Source: Saprolegnia diclina VS20 (taxonomy: Eukaryota). From it: a DNA stretch of 35,803 bases. The DNA is taken from the NCBI RefSeq assembly GCF_000281045.1, contig NW_008246079.1, positions 627,415 through 663,217 of the forward strand, in the 5' to 3' direction. The notes under the pieces were generated by a model. It worked only from the letters and a program-made list of their open reading frames with translations, ran no database searches and had not been told where the DNA came from. This document shows positions 1 through 11,774 of the stretch, one piece after another. Every line of letters starts with the position of its first letter. The first letter of the stretch is position 1. A program made the translations under genes and the position numbers.

Positions 1-306
1 TTTGGAGGCATGCAGAGCGTCTTCTACTGCCAACTTCGCGTCCTCTGGGGCGTGGCGATCGCAGGCTGCGTCCTCATGCTCTTTGTGCGCACCAACTCCA
101 AAGACCGGTTCTTCCGCGGCTACCAGCTCACCATCTGGAACAAGGTGTGGATCCAGTGGCCGCTGCCATCGACGGCAACGTCGGTGAGCCATGACAACGA
201 CATGGTGCTGCTCTCGCCTGACAACAGCCCGATTTTCCTCTGGACGTCCGACGCCGAGATGAGTCAGCACCGTGACCGAAGCGCGACCCCGTCCCTTTCT
301 GTGTAA
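1..306 (+). CDS. 3' end of a probable membrane protein (partial, begins upstream of the window)
   Basis: Frame is open from base 1 (FGGMQSVFYCQLRVLWGVAIAGCVLMLFVR...) with one hydrophobic segment and GC3-rich codons. Stop TAA at 304-306 is followed by AT-richer sequence. Family not recognised. Confidence 0.55.
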   Translation, partial: FGGMQSVFYCQLRVLWGVAIAGCVLMLFVRTNSKDRFFRGYQLTIWNKVWIQWPLPSTATSVSHDNDMVLLSPDNSPIFLWTSDAEMSQHRDRSATPSLSV

Positions 307-404
307 CGATAGCCATAATATTATGCTCATACATCAAGGTACACTCTTACCGCCACACACATGACGGAGGCAGCGGCCGTTGCTTGCGCAAGACGAGTTT
401 GGTG

Positions 405-2983
405 TTAGCTCGAGACAGTCACACTTTCGATCGCGCGCGTCATGTCGGCCAGAGACGCGTCAAGCTTGGCGCGTGCTGTCGCAGCGTACTGCGTGTAGCT
501 TTGCCGGACCTGGACGAGTGCGGACCGCTGTGTCTCGAACGTCTCGACCAGGAGATTGCCGTACGGGTTGATGCCACCGTGGACTTGCTGCGCTTTGAAG
601 GCATCAAACACTTGGACGATACCATCCAGGGCGGCCGTGAGCGCCTATGTAGCCCAGCTCTTTGAGTTCGACATGGTGGCAATGCTCTACCTCTTGAGCC
701 CACTGGACCTTCTTGGTAAAAACCGTGTCCACGTTCTGAAGCATGGTTCGCCACGCAGAGGCTTGACCACGCACGTTCTACGCCACAAAGTAACTTGGGT
801 GTCCAGCCAAACACGACATCTACCTGCTGCAATGACGCTAGTTCGCCAAGACCTTGCTCGAGCCGCGCTTCAACGCCGCTCTACGCATGTCGTTTTCGCT
901 CACATACGTGGCAGATAGCGAGGTTGCGTACGAGGTGGGCATCGAGACGTTGAAGCTGCAGACGCACGCCCTTTTCTCGCTCTTTGTGGGCGCTTGGGAA
1001 CGGCGGCAGCTCCGCCACGATGGCTGCCACCGTAGGTCGTGAAGGATGATGGTGCCTAGATACATCGTCGTATCGACTCAAACGAGCAAGCATCGAATGT
1101 ACTCAAAGCCAGGACCGACAGCGTGCACACAGACGACGGCACCCAGCGATGCCGTTTCTGTCGCCAAGGCTCGTGTGTGTCGTGCGAGATCCCGGGCCTA
1201 ATGACCATTTGAGCGAAAATACATAGAAACGCGTACTTGGTCGTGCAGACGCATGGTCGCGGCGTCGCTGATCAATGGAGGCGTCGCTTCGGTCGCGTCT
1301 TTGGCAAAACCGAGCAGTTGTGACGTGAGCTGCGCGAGATGGCTCTCAATCTGCTGCAAGCGGTCGAAACGCAAGTGCTGGACGTTGGGCATGTCTACAC
1401 GACACTTTAGTTCGAGTTTCCACAGGGTACCGTACGGAGCGGGCCATGACAACTGTGCTGATTGTGTACATCGCGGACACGAAGCACCGTGTAGTTGTCA
1501 TCCAGGAGTCCATCGTCCGAGTGGCGCAGCTTCTGCTCCATGCTCGCGCCCAACGAGCGGTTGAGGCCGAGTAGCTGGCGCTCGGTTTGCTTGATAGTCT
1601 ATTCCCAGCCATCAAATCCTTGGTTTACAGCAACACATTGCATTGTACCTGCTGGAGATCTCTGGGAACAGCCAGCATCCACTTTTTCTTGGTCTGGTCA
1701 GCACCAGCCTCCTTGGCGTCGGCGAGGCCCGCTTCCACAGCTTGATTCAGCGCATGTAGCAGTGCTTGCAGGTCGGTAGCTGCAGATTCTCGTGCGGCAA
1801 CGGCGTCGAGGAGCATGTCCACCTACAATGCAGCATCCTAGTGTGCACATCTATCTCCGCGTACTTGACGCTGCAGTTGGTGGTTCTGGGCCTTCAAGAA
1901 GCGGACGCGGCGGTCGGCGCTCGGGCCTACTTGGTTCATGTTGTCGCTGCGTCAAATCGGCATATGTAGACCTTGCAGAGGCTCGTCGGAACTTTGGAGG
2001 AGCGTCGCAGTGAGTCCTTCGAGATGATCAATCTCTTTGCGCAACGCTTCGTTCTCGAGTAGCGCTGCTTGCAGCTAGGACATACGATATTAGGACACGG
2101 CAGAGCATCTCCGAGGTGTACTTTGGGGTCGACTTTGAGCTTGGCCGGCTTTGGCGCCGTCGTCACACGCTGCACAACCATGTCGGGGGCGACCTCCTCG
2201 ACCTGGTTGGATGCGGGAGGCTTGGGCGACGCCGGGCGTTTAACGACAGCTTTGGCGGGCTTTGTCGGGATCAAGGTCGCGCTCCGTGGAGGCGTCACGG
2301 CCTTGGTCTCGGGCTCGGAGGTCGAGATCCACATCGGCTTGTCGTCCATCGTCGATGGCCGCGTCTTCGGTTCCAAGAGCGGCAACAAAGCGCTGCCCGA
2401 TCGCTTCTTCTGTGACGACTTGATCTTTGTGAGCAAGATGCGAATGGCTTGGTACGTGCAGTCCTTATCGAGGACGAGGCGCTGCCACGTCACGAGTGAC
2501 GGTGCGCCCATGCGCTACGGGTCCATCAGCGCATACATCGTCACTGCGTCCTACCGCCAGCTCCTTGGCAACGACCTTCATAAAGCTGGCGCGGTACGAG
2601 TCTTCCTTCTTGCGCAGCGCGTCTTTCGACCTATGCAGATCTTGCATGATGGATCCTCTCGGGCGGGCACGCGTACATGGCGCCGTCCGTCTTCTCAAAG
2701 GCGCGCTCCTGCCTGCGGTCGGCGGCAAGGTTCTTGAGCTCGTCGTAGATCGGCTCGGACGACGCGTTCTACAAGCACATGATGGGTCTCTTCGTGGACG
2801 TCGTTGCTGTACGTGTACCTTCTCGAGGAGCAGCAGCAGCACCTTCTCCTTCGTCTTCCAGGTCATGTCCTGCAGCTGGAGGGGGCTCTACATGCACACA
2901 TACGCTCCGTCAACTTTCCAACGCCGATGCCATCTTCGTACGATCCCCGGGATCTGAAGCTCCGTCGCCAGCTTCTCGGCCAT
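405..2983 (-). CDS. Multi-exon uncharacterised protein: helical N-terminus, Pro/Lys-rich linker, long coiled coil
   Basis: ATG at 2983 (MAEKLATELQIPGI|SPLQLQDMTWKTKEKVLLLLLEK|NASSEPIYDELK...), with exons joined in frame across GT-AG introns. Heptad-like segments LQAALLENEALRKEIDHLE and DRRVRFLKAQNHQLQRQ|VDMLLDAV. Last ORF ends with TAA at 405-407. Middle exons and the 3' end are approximate. Confidence 0.65.
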
Positions 2984-3679
2984 CGCTCTCTGCTCTCTCG
3001 CGTCGGCGGGAAAACGCTTTCAACCGGATACCATTGTATTATCCGGAAAGATCCGGCCGACGCCAAGTTGCCCTTCGTTCAGGAGGAGACCTTCCGGCAA
3101 GAGCAGCCAAGTCGAGCTTCGACCCAAGTACGCAGCTGGCAGATAGCTCTGGCAGTATTAGCGTTCAAGCCGACGTTCGGAGAAGTAGCATGCGATGATG
3201 CGATAATGCTAGAGAGGCAAAGTTGACGGGATAGTAGATACCCGCCTATCCCGACACCGGTGGGACTGCAGAAGCGCTTGCTCAAGCAACGAGGTGGCTA
3301 GAGACGCTACTGCGAGGAAGGGGTCGGTGGTGCTGCCCTTTGTAACCGACCTGACGCAGACCTGACGCATGAATCGCCCATCGCTTGGTGGGACATCGTC
3401 GACGGATTATGGGATCGCGATATCGTAACGTTACCGGAAGCTTTCCGACCTTTGTCGACATGTCCATCATGTTCATGCTGCACCAAGGATACGCAGTAAT
3501 TCGACCACGGTACCCCAAGGTACCCCAGCGCGGTACACCTAATTTATAGTGTAGCGAGAAAAGCGCGACCGCCGTATGGTGAGCCGTTTTTGCGTTTGTT
3601 TGCAATTTGGGACTTCATCGCTCTTCGCCTGTCCGTCGCCATGCCATCCACATGGCACACAACCAAAATCGCAGACAAG

Positions 3680-4345
3680 ATGGCGTTTCGATCGTTCGCT
3701 CCGTCGTCGACGGCCCCGCGGCAGCTCTACCACCTCCTCACGAGCGCTGTCGTCCCGCGCCCGATCGCCTGGGTACGTTCGGTGACCATCCTCGGGAGTC
3801 GCTTCATGCAGCATGCACATTAGGTGAGCACGCGGAGCGCGGCGGGCGTCACGAACCTCGCGCCGTTTTCGTTCTTCAACGTCATGAGCATCGACCCGCC
3901 GATCCTAGCGATCACACAAGTATACCCCAAGCCTGGCAGCGACAAGGATACGCTGCTCAATCTGCGTGCGACGAACGAATGCGTCGTCAACTTTGTACCG
4001 GCACACATGGCCGAGCTCATGAACGCCACGTCAAAAGACTACCCGCACGGCGTGAGCGAGATCGAGAAACTCGAGATCCCAACGATCCAAAGCACGCAGG
4101 TGCAGGTGCCGGGCGTTGCCGGGTCGCCGATCCGCATGGAATGCACGCTCCGCGACGTCCTCGAGATCGGCAACGGCAAGACCATGCTGTTAAATGTGAT
4201 CGAGTTTCAAGTCAACCAAGCGCTTTTTTCGGAGGGCGACGCCATTGACGGCAGCCGCGCACCAACGCTTGGCCGCATGGGCAACAACGACTACACAACG
4301 ACGTCGCAACTTCTTGAGATGCTGCGGCCGCCGTTCTCTGCTTAA
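3680..4345 (+). CDS. Flavin reductase-like FMN-binding split-barrel protein (DIM6/NTAB-type); intron 3773-3823
   Basis: Spliced product MAFRSF...LYHLLTSAVVPRPIAW|VSTRSAAGVTNLAPFSFFN...KDTLLNLRATNECVVN...SPIRMECTL...LGRMGNNDY carries the PRPIAWVST, NLAPFSFF, KDT.N, ECxL and GR.G..Y signatures of the family. Confidence 0.9.
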
Positions 4346-4617
4346 TCAATAGACCTGATTTACACTATTTTTGCTTCCCAAGCAGCTCACTCGCGCATCA
4401 ACGCGTTGCCCGGGCAAGAAGCTCGTTAACTCGTCGCACGGGTTGACACTTCAGACTTTTTCCTGGTAGGATTTAGGATCGTCCTGCTGCAGGATGTAGG
4501 CTTTTTCACTGCGTCGGGGAAGAGACAAGACAGGAATTGAATATCGGTGCAAATGCCCCACGCTTGCTTTCGCAGGCGCAACGTCTCGTGTTATCCAAGG
4601 ATACATGGTCGAGCCAT

Positions 4618-4986
4618 TTAGTTCGAGTCGGCGATCGTGACTTCGACCTCTACACCGGGTTCGATCGAGATCGACGTGATCTGCTTGACGATCTCCGACG
4701 GCGAGTAGAGGTCGATGATGCGCTTGTGGATGCGCATCTCGAAGCGGTCCCAGGTGTTGGTACCCTCACCGCACGGCGACTTGCGCGTCGTGAGGCGGAG
4801 GATCTTGGTGGGAAGACGGACCGGGCCCGAGACCTTGAGGTTCTTGTCGACGGCGCCCTTCTTCAAGTCGGCGCAGACCTTCTCGAGGTTCTTGACGTTG
4901 AGCGACGAGAGCGTGATGCGGATGCGGTGGATGCGCGACTCCTCGCCTTCGAAGGCAGCTTGCTTGGTGGGCTTTTGCACAGACAT
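4618..4986 (-). CDS. RPS20: 40S ribosomal protein S20 (uS10), intronless
   Basis: [23 protein letters not shown]...[40 protein letters not shown]...[18 protein letters not shown] is unmistakable eukaryotic uS10. ATG at 4986. Confidence 0.98.
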   Translation of the reverse strand: MSVQKPTKQAAFEGEESRIHRIRITLSSLNVKNLEKVCADLKKGAVDKNLKVSGPVRLPTKILRLTTRKSPCGEGTNTWDRFEMRIHKRIIDLYSPSEIVKQITSISIEPGVEVEVTIADSN

Positions 4987-5952
4987 TGTATTTAGATCTG
5001 GATCGAGGAGCGAATGCGGCGGTAACCTGAACCCAATCGATTCGAAAATACTACAGGCCCCGCGGCCTGGCCCCAAGCGCCCGCCACCAATCACTTCGTA
5101 GCGACTTTGCACCAATCGCCAGGCATCCGGATAAATACGACGTTAGACGCTGCCACGTCATGCTCGCGTGGATGGCGGCGAGTTCCGCGTCGTCGGACAA
5201 CAGGCCTCGTGGACGTGGAAAGCGCAGTCCCCAAGGACAAGTATTGACTAATGTCCGTCGAGGCAACAGTAGAGGAAATCAACAATGAAGCTCGCCACGC
5301 GCCTCGCGTTGGCTGTGGTCTCGGAGCAGCGGCTGAGAGCTTGGCGACGACCTTACTGATCGAGCACCAACGGCGCAGAGCCGCTCGGGCGTCATAGACA
5401 GAGCCAGACTCGACTCGACTCGCGACTGCCTACCCGCGGTGCGCTAAATGAGTGTATCGCGTCAGTTTTAGCGTTCAGGACTTTGCCAGAGCTGGCTTGT
5501 AGTGTTTTTAACGTTCAGCGTTGGCGACTGCCTCCTCGGGGCAATGACTACACATCAGCAGCTTTTTCTACTAGGCACAAGCCATAGTAGCTGTCAACAC
5601 TGGGGTCTACGGCGGCAGAAGCGACGCAGAAGCTGGTTCACTTGAGCCCGTCGTCAGTAGCAGCAGCAGGTTATCCGGACTGGTGACGACGGCCATGGGG
5701 TGGTGGACAATCTTTTTTAATATTCTTGACAGCATACAAAAGTAGTATATACAATTTAATAAAGGTAATTAAAATCGCGACAAGCCAACATTAAAATGGA
5801 TCCCGCCAGCCGGTCCGAGAGTATACAAACATCAAGTGCAATTTAGCCGCAGGGGTTTGCGGCTCCGGATTTGAGGATTCGGAATTGCCGGAGGTGGTAC
5901 AGTCGCAGACGCGAAACTACAGCCGAGACCACCCACCGACCGTCCAAGCGCC

Positions 5953-7388
5953 ATGGCAGGATACGACCCCCAGTACGTAGGCAAGCCCGACGCCAGCGAG
6001 AAGGCCGCTATCGAAGCCAAGGTCCAGGCCAAGCTCACGGAAGTGCTGGGCGTCGAGGTCGAAAGCGTCATGGCGGTAGGCAGACCATTGTCCAGGAGCG
6101 AGAGGCTCATTCTGGCCGCGTAGGAATACGTCGTCGTCATGGTCTACAACTCGAAGAGCATGGGTCAGATCCGCACCGACTTGGACGACTTTATGGGCGG
6201 CGACGGCGCCGAGACCTTTGTCCTGTGGCTGTACGCGCTTTTGACCGGCCAGCCGGTACGAGCCACAATGCTGCCTTGTCGCCGGTATTGACGCATGCTG
6301 TAGGCGACTCCGGCACCTGAAGCGGTCGCACCCGAGGTCACCACCCCGGCGCCAGAGCCCGCGTCCACCACGCCGACGGAGGAAGCTCCCAAGCGCGTCA
6401 TCAGCCTTTCCCGCCCGGCGCCCGCTGCCGAAGCCAAGGGCACGGTGCGAATTATCGGCAAGAAGTCGGACAAGGAGCTCGAAGAGGCCATGCGCCGGCG
6501 TTCGGAGCGCTTCGGCATTCCCCAGAAGGAACGCTCTTCGCAGAACCAGCCGTCGAACGGATCGAAGGCGTCGATCACGGACCGCCTCGGCAAGTCGCAG
6601 GACACCAGGCAGCAAGGGCCGCGCAAAGACGACCGTCGCGACGACGATCGCCGGGATGTCAACCGCCGCGACAACAACAACCGCCGTGGTGATGACAACC
6701 GCCGTGATGACAACCGCCGCGGCATGGACAACCGCGACAACAACCGGAAGCGACCCAACGATGACAGCAACGACGGCGAGCCCCGATCGAAGAAGCCCCA
6801 GTACGACGACCAGCGGCAAGGCCCGCCGCGTGGCTTCCCTCCGGGCGGCTACATGCGCGGTCCCCCGCACATGTACGGCGGTGGCTTCCCGTACGGCATG
6901 CCTCCTCCGGTATGCATCCTCCTCACCTCGTTGTACGACGGCTCATGACTCGACTTCTGTAGGACTTTATGTATTACCCGCCGCCGCACCACATGGGTGG
7001 TCCCCCCGGCTACGGCATGCCCCCCTTTGGTATGCGTGGCCCGTACATGCCTCGCGGCCCGCACGGTGGCGCGCCGCGCCCGTTCACGAACCGCAAGTGG
7101 GTCAACCCGGCGACGGTAGCCGCCACGACCGACGCCGCTGCCACAGAAGATGGCGCCGAGCTTGTACAAGAAGCTACGCCGGATTCCACGACAAACGCCG
7201 AGCCGACACCCGCGCCGACGCCTGCGCCGATGCCGGCACCCGGGTTCCACGGTGCGCCGCAGGGCAACTTTTTTGGGGGGTACCCCCGCCCCCGGTTCCA
7301 AAACAAGACGTGGGTCCGCCCCGAAGCGGTGGTCGCCCCCGAGGCCAACACGGAAGCGCTCTCGGCCAGCTTGCCCAAGACGCCGTAA
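5953..7388 (+). CDS. PWI/Nab2-N-like domain nuclear mRNP protein with RD-rich and Pro/Gly/Tyr-rich low-complexity regions; introns 6076-6123, 6256-6303, 6910-6962
   Basis: N-terminus IEAKVQAKLTEVLG...VMA|EYVVVMVYNSKSMGQIRTDLDDFMGGDGAETFVLWL resembles the PWI-like fold of Nab2/ZC3H14/RBM26. It is followed by RRRSERFG, SITDRLG, DDRR/DNRR repeats and a PPGGYMRGPP-type tail. All three introns splice in frame. Confidence 0.8.
6628..6750 (+). repeat. Coding imperfect tandem repeat (GACAACCGCCG-like units encoding DDRR/DNRR)
   Basis: Repeated gacaaccgccg/gatgacaaccgcc units are visible directly in the sequence. Confidence 0.75.
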
Positions 7389-7652
7389 AACGCGTGCTTT
7401 GCCACCCCACCCTTAGGACCCCTTAGGACACGACTAGTCTTCACGATAAGCCACTGACGAATTTGACCCTATACATGACAACAATATTGACCATACTATT
7501 TACTAAGCCACTATTTATAATGACATTTGTTTTTGTCTACTTGGTGTTTTTGTTGTACTTTGCATCCTCCAGAGGTCGCGCACGTCCGCTTCCAATAACA
7601 ACCAAGTACATAGTTTCAAATTGTCAAGTCGACACGCAGAGCGACAGGACGT

Positions 7653-9376
7653 CTATCTCTTGTTGCCTTCAATCTTGGTGTCGATCGTCATGTAGTTCTA
7701 GATATATAGAAGAAGAATGAGACTCGGATTCCGCCAGATCTCGCGGCGTCTTACATCGGTGTTGGGGTCGTACCCCATGCGGTATTGGTCCTACACACAT
7801 ATGAGTCGATGCAATGATCTCAAGGCGTACATCAATGTGCTTTTTGAACTTGAGTTTTGCCGTCATCCAGCTCGTCGGGTCGTTGTCGTCGTCGTCGGGC
7901 GCGTCGCTGTCTTCGCTGAGCACTTGGCCGTGGTACGTCTCGGCATTCTTGGTGGTCTTGGTCTTGGAGACGGTGTGCACGTGCATGAGCGTGTTGCGGA
8001 ACTTTTCAAGGCGCTCGAGCGTCTTGGCTTGGCGGTCGCCGATCGATTTCTTTTGCGCGAGGTACTTTTGCCGGCGCAGTTGGAGCGGCGTTAGCATCTC
8101 ATGGAAGGCCTTCTCGTCGTCGAGCTTTTGGGCTTTGGCACCTGTGACGACGTGCACGGCCTTATTGGCCTTCTTGAGCTCGTCCTTGAGCGCCGTGTAC
8201 TCGTCCCTATGCCAAACCAGATCCAGCTTGATACATTGATACAAACCACGTACTTGGCCTTTTCTTTGGCCTTGCGCGCGCGCTTTTGCGCCTTGGTTTC
8301 GATCGCAGAGAGATCCGTCTCGTCCTCGAGCGACTCGAGCGCAGCCTTGGGCACGGCCGTGGATTGAACGTTGGTCGGCTTCTTCTTGAGCTTGTTGGCG
8401 ATGAGCGCTTTTAGCGACGAGACGTCGCCGGACGCGGCAGCCAGCGCGTCGTCATGTGCGGTCGATGAAGATGCCGTCTGCTGGTCTTCTGGACGCACGA
8501 GTGCGATCTTGGTTTGAAGCGACTGGTCCACGCGCTTGCTGAGTTTCTTGTCGTTCGTGAGCACGTCGTGGCTGCTCATAGGGCCCTTCTTCTTGGGCGC
8601 CGCGATGAACGCGTCTTCGGCTTCGTCGCCAAACGAGAGAAGCTTCAAGTCTTTAGTTGCCTTGCGCTTGTTCTTCTTGGGCTTGTCGGTCGCGTCCGAC
8701 GTCGTCGTCGTTGGCGCCTTGATCGCACTACAGATCCATTTTGGCCATGAGCGAATCGTTGTGACGAAGATAGAGGCTAGAGAGTACCGCGGTACGATAT
8801 CAGGGAAGGGGTTCCAGAGGATGTCAATGCCAAGGAGCTTGACGGGCTCGAGCGGGCGCTCGTTCCCGCCCGTCTCAATGTCGTTGACTGTGAGGAGGTT
8901 GAAGATGGTGTTGCCGGTGACCTTGCCAAAGATCGTGTGCTTCTTGTCGAGAAAGTCGCAGTTGTCGAGCGTGAAGAAGAACTGACTCTTGTTCGTATTG
9001 ACCTTGTTCGAGTTGGCCATCGCGAGGAGGCCACGGTGGTTGAAGCGCAGGCGCGAATGGAACTCGTCGGCAAACGGCTCGCCGTAAATCGACTCGCCGC
9101 CGTCGCCCGTGCCCGTCGGGTCGCCACCTTGGATCATAAAGTTGGCAATGATGCGGTGGAAGAGCGTGTTGTCATAGTACTAGAAGGCGAACAGCATGAG
9201 CCACAGAAGGCCCGGCGGCTTGATGGAGAACGTACATGCTCCATGGCGAGCTGGATGAAGTTGCGCACCGCCTTGGGCGCCTGCTTGGGCCAGAACTCAA
9301 TGTCGATGTCGCCAAAGGACGTGCGCATGAGCACCTTGCCCTCCGTGTCGGGCTCCGTGATGTAGATGTTGGACAT
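7653..9376 (-). CDS. CWC27: Spliceosome-associated cyclophilin CWC27, multi-exon
   Basis: MSNIYITEPDTEGKVLMRTSFGDIDIEFWPKQAPKAVRNFIQLAMEH|YYDNTLFHRII..FMIQGGDPTGTGDGGESIYGEPFADEFHSRLRFNHRGLLAMAN...SQFFFTL...HTIFGKVTGNTIFNL...NPFPDIVPR, then LLSFGDEAE, SSHDVL and WMTAKLKF, all CWC27 hallmarks. Inferred stop TAG at 7653-7655. Confidence 0.95.
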
Positions 9377-9957
9377 GCTGCGGCTTGCTGCTGCGGTGAC
9401 CTCGAATTGCTCGACGCGAGATATGCAATGTTGGAAGAAACAGAATATCGATTTTGATGGGGTACTATGTAATAAAGGTTTATTGGCATCGAGTATAAAA
9501 GGTAAATGCACCGATTCAAGGATCGGGTGCGTCTTTTGGCTGTGATTCGAAAATCTATTTTTAGCGAACGCGAAATATCGAACCCACCGCTTGCTCGCTC
9601 ATGGCAGACCACGATGCTGCCTGCGCTATGAGCCATGTCACGTCATCGCACTAGTGCATGCACGTCTGCGAAGCCAAGATACTTCTGGATGAGAGCGCCA
9701 CCCATTGCAACTCCCGTTGCGAGCGGTGCTCTTGTCGGCAACCGGCACGGAGCTTGATGATACGACTGGCACATTTCTGCAGCTCAGCAGCCCAGGATTT
9801 TGTCGAGATTCGCGCCCCAAGATGTTTTTGATGCGGTGGCATTGGCGCGTTTGGTAGTTAAAGGGACAGACGTTCTCTTCTTCGGCAGCTCGTTCTAACG
9901 AAAGGTCGCGTGCGTTACGCCTCCGACTTGTGCCAGGCTTGCTCGCCGAAAAGCTGC

Positions 9958-11774
9958 ATGAAGGATAGCCTGGTCTCCGACACATCGTCTTTGCGCAACG
10001 ACGTCGTCCATGTACTGCTCTCTTCCTCCACGCCTCCACTGACACCTCTGAGTAGGCGTCGTCGTACAAGTGGCTGCTGCTGTTGCTGCAGTGCCTCTTG
10101 TCGGCCATGAACCAAGCGCTTTGCTTTTCGTACGCGCCGATCTCTCGCATCGCCGACACGGCGTGGCAGCACGAGGTACGTCACCACGGCGAATCTACCG
10201 ATCTATCAATACACTAGGTTCGCTCGTCGACGCTCATCACCATCTTCTTTGTCGTGTACCTCCCGTTCGCGTTTCTCGGCTCATGGATCTTGGACCTCCG
10301 CGGGTGGCGCGTCGGCGTACGACACGCAGTCCATGTCTCCTTGCAGCAACATCGCCTTAGGTGCTCCTCGGTGCATTTGTCCAAGCGGTCGGCGCCATCC
10401 TCCGTGCGATCTCGTCCAACATGACCATGGCGTTTCCCATCGCCAAAGTCTTTTTGATTTGTGGCCAAGTCATGGCTGCGATCGGCATGCCCTTTATGGT
10501 CCCTCGATACGACGATGTGGTCACCGTCGACTAACCCATGATAGGTCAACTCGCCCCCCGTGCTCTCGGCGCTGTGGTTCCCGCCCCACCTCCGCGCCCG
10601 CGTGACGTCCATGGGTGTCAACAGCAACCAGCTCGGGATTGTTTTCGTGTACAAATTCCTCGATCAAGTTAGGTATTTCTAAACCTGCGTCCAGGTACTT
10701 GGCCGCGCCGTACCTCGTCGCGGGACCGTCGGACCTGCCAAAGTGGGATCTCCTCTTTGCGGTCGCTGCCACCGCCTTGTTTTTGCTGGCGTGGGTGTGC
10801 TTTAGCGTACCCAAGTACCCGCCAGTGATCCCCAGCGCGTCCGGCGCCTACGACTATCGGCAGTGGGTCACTGCATTCCACCACCCTGGCTTTAGCCTCA
10901 CGGTGTTTGTCTTTGCGGTGGCCGAGACGGCCGGGAACGTCGTCGCCGCGCTCCTCAACCGCTTGGCGTCGCCCCAGCACGGCTTTGCACGCGTACTTGA
11001 CCACATCTTCTCCAAGCGAGGTGGGCTCACATGTGTCTAGACCACCCAAGGAGCCATGGGCGCGGCGTTCATTCTGAGCTCGGTCCTCGGCGGCTTCCTC
11101 GTCGGGTCGTGCGTCGACGCGTCGGGGTCGCACAAGACCGCGATCGTCGTCTGCAGCCTCGTCGCGGGTGCGTGTTGCTTCTTTGCGTCGCCTTAGCCGC
11201 GGGCGCATAGGCGGCGTCTTGCTCGCATTTGGGTACGTTGTCGCGGCGGTGGATGTGACGTGGCACGTGTCCGGCTCGTTCGCGCTGCTCGTCGCGTTTG
11301 GCTTCTTCCTCGGCCCGTTGCATCCGATAGCGGTTGAGCTTGGTGCGCTCAAAAGATCGAAATTGAGACTGACGCATGGGATTAGGCGCCGAGTGCGCGC
11401 ACCCCACGTCCGAAGCGACGGTCGCAGCGCTCCAGCAACTGGTCGGGAATGCCTTGTCGGCACTGTTGCTTCCGCTCCTGAGCCTCTTGCAACACTGGCT
11501 TGATGGCAACACGGTGTTGATCGATGCTGACGACGACGACGATGACGACAGTAGTAGCCACGACGGCCCCACTGTTCTGGGAGAGTGGTGGCAGCTTCTC
11601 GCGACGCCCGTGGGGGTCGTGTCCCTGCTCTTGCTCGTCGCCGGCGTCATCTTCACGCAGTAGTACGTGTTCTCTCTTTATCATGCTCTGCACACAACCT
11701 TGCGTAGTCGCGGCGCGTGGAAGCGGTCGCAGTACGCGTCCGTGCCGCCGCTCCCTCCGCATCTCGGCATCTAG
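9958..11774 (+). CDS. MFS transporter, FLVCR/SLC49-like (paralog 1, about 9 introns)
   Basis: Spliced: KWLLLLLQCLLSAMNQALCFSYAPI...YLPFAFLGSWILDLRGWRVG|VLLGA...GQVMAAIGMPFM|VNSPPVLSALWFPPHLRARVTSMGVNSNQLG...FLGPLHPIAVELG|AECAHPTSEA...YRGAWKRS. WFP..R.T, NQLG and E.GxE.xHP..E are FLVCR-family motifs. Many TM helices. Confidence 0.88.

Noticed and set aside
5290..5950. Possible ncRNA between RPS20 and the PWI gene (CGACT triplet, GTTTT..CGTTCAG twice)
   Set aside because: No convincing C/D, H/ACA, tRNA or snRNA features. An Rfam scan would be needed.
6628..6750. Short repeated units that could suggest a CRISPR-like or satellite array
   Set aside because: They are in-frame coding DNRR repeats with no unique spacers, in a eukaryotic context.
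5917..6870. Long antisense or alternative-frame ORFs (for example 5917-6870 -, 13450-14505 -, 14735-15886 +, 20470-21447 +, 25988-26668 +)
   Set aside because: They are shadows of GC3-rich real genes on the opposite strand and lack independent motifs.
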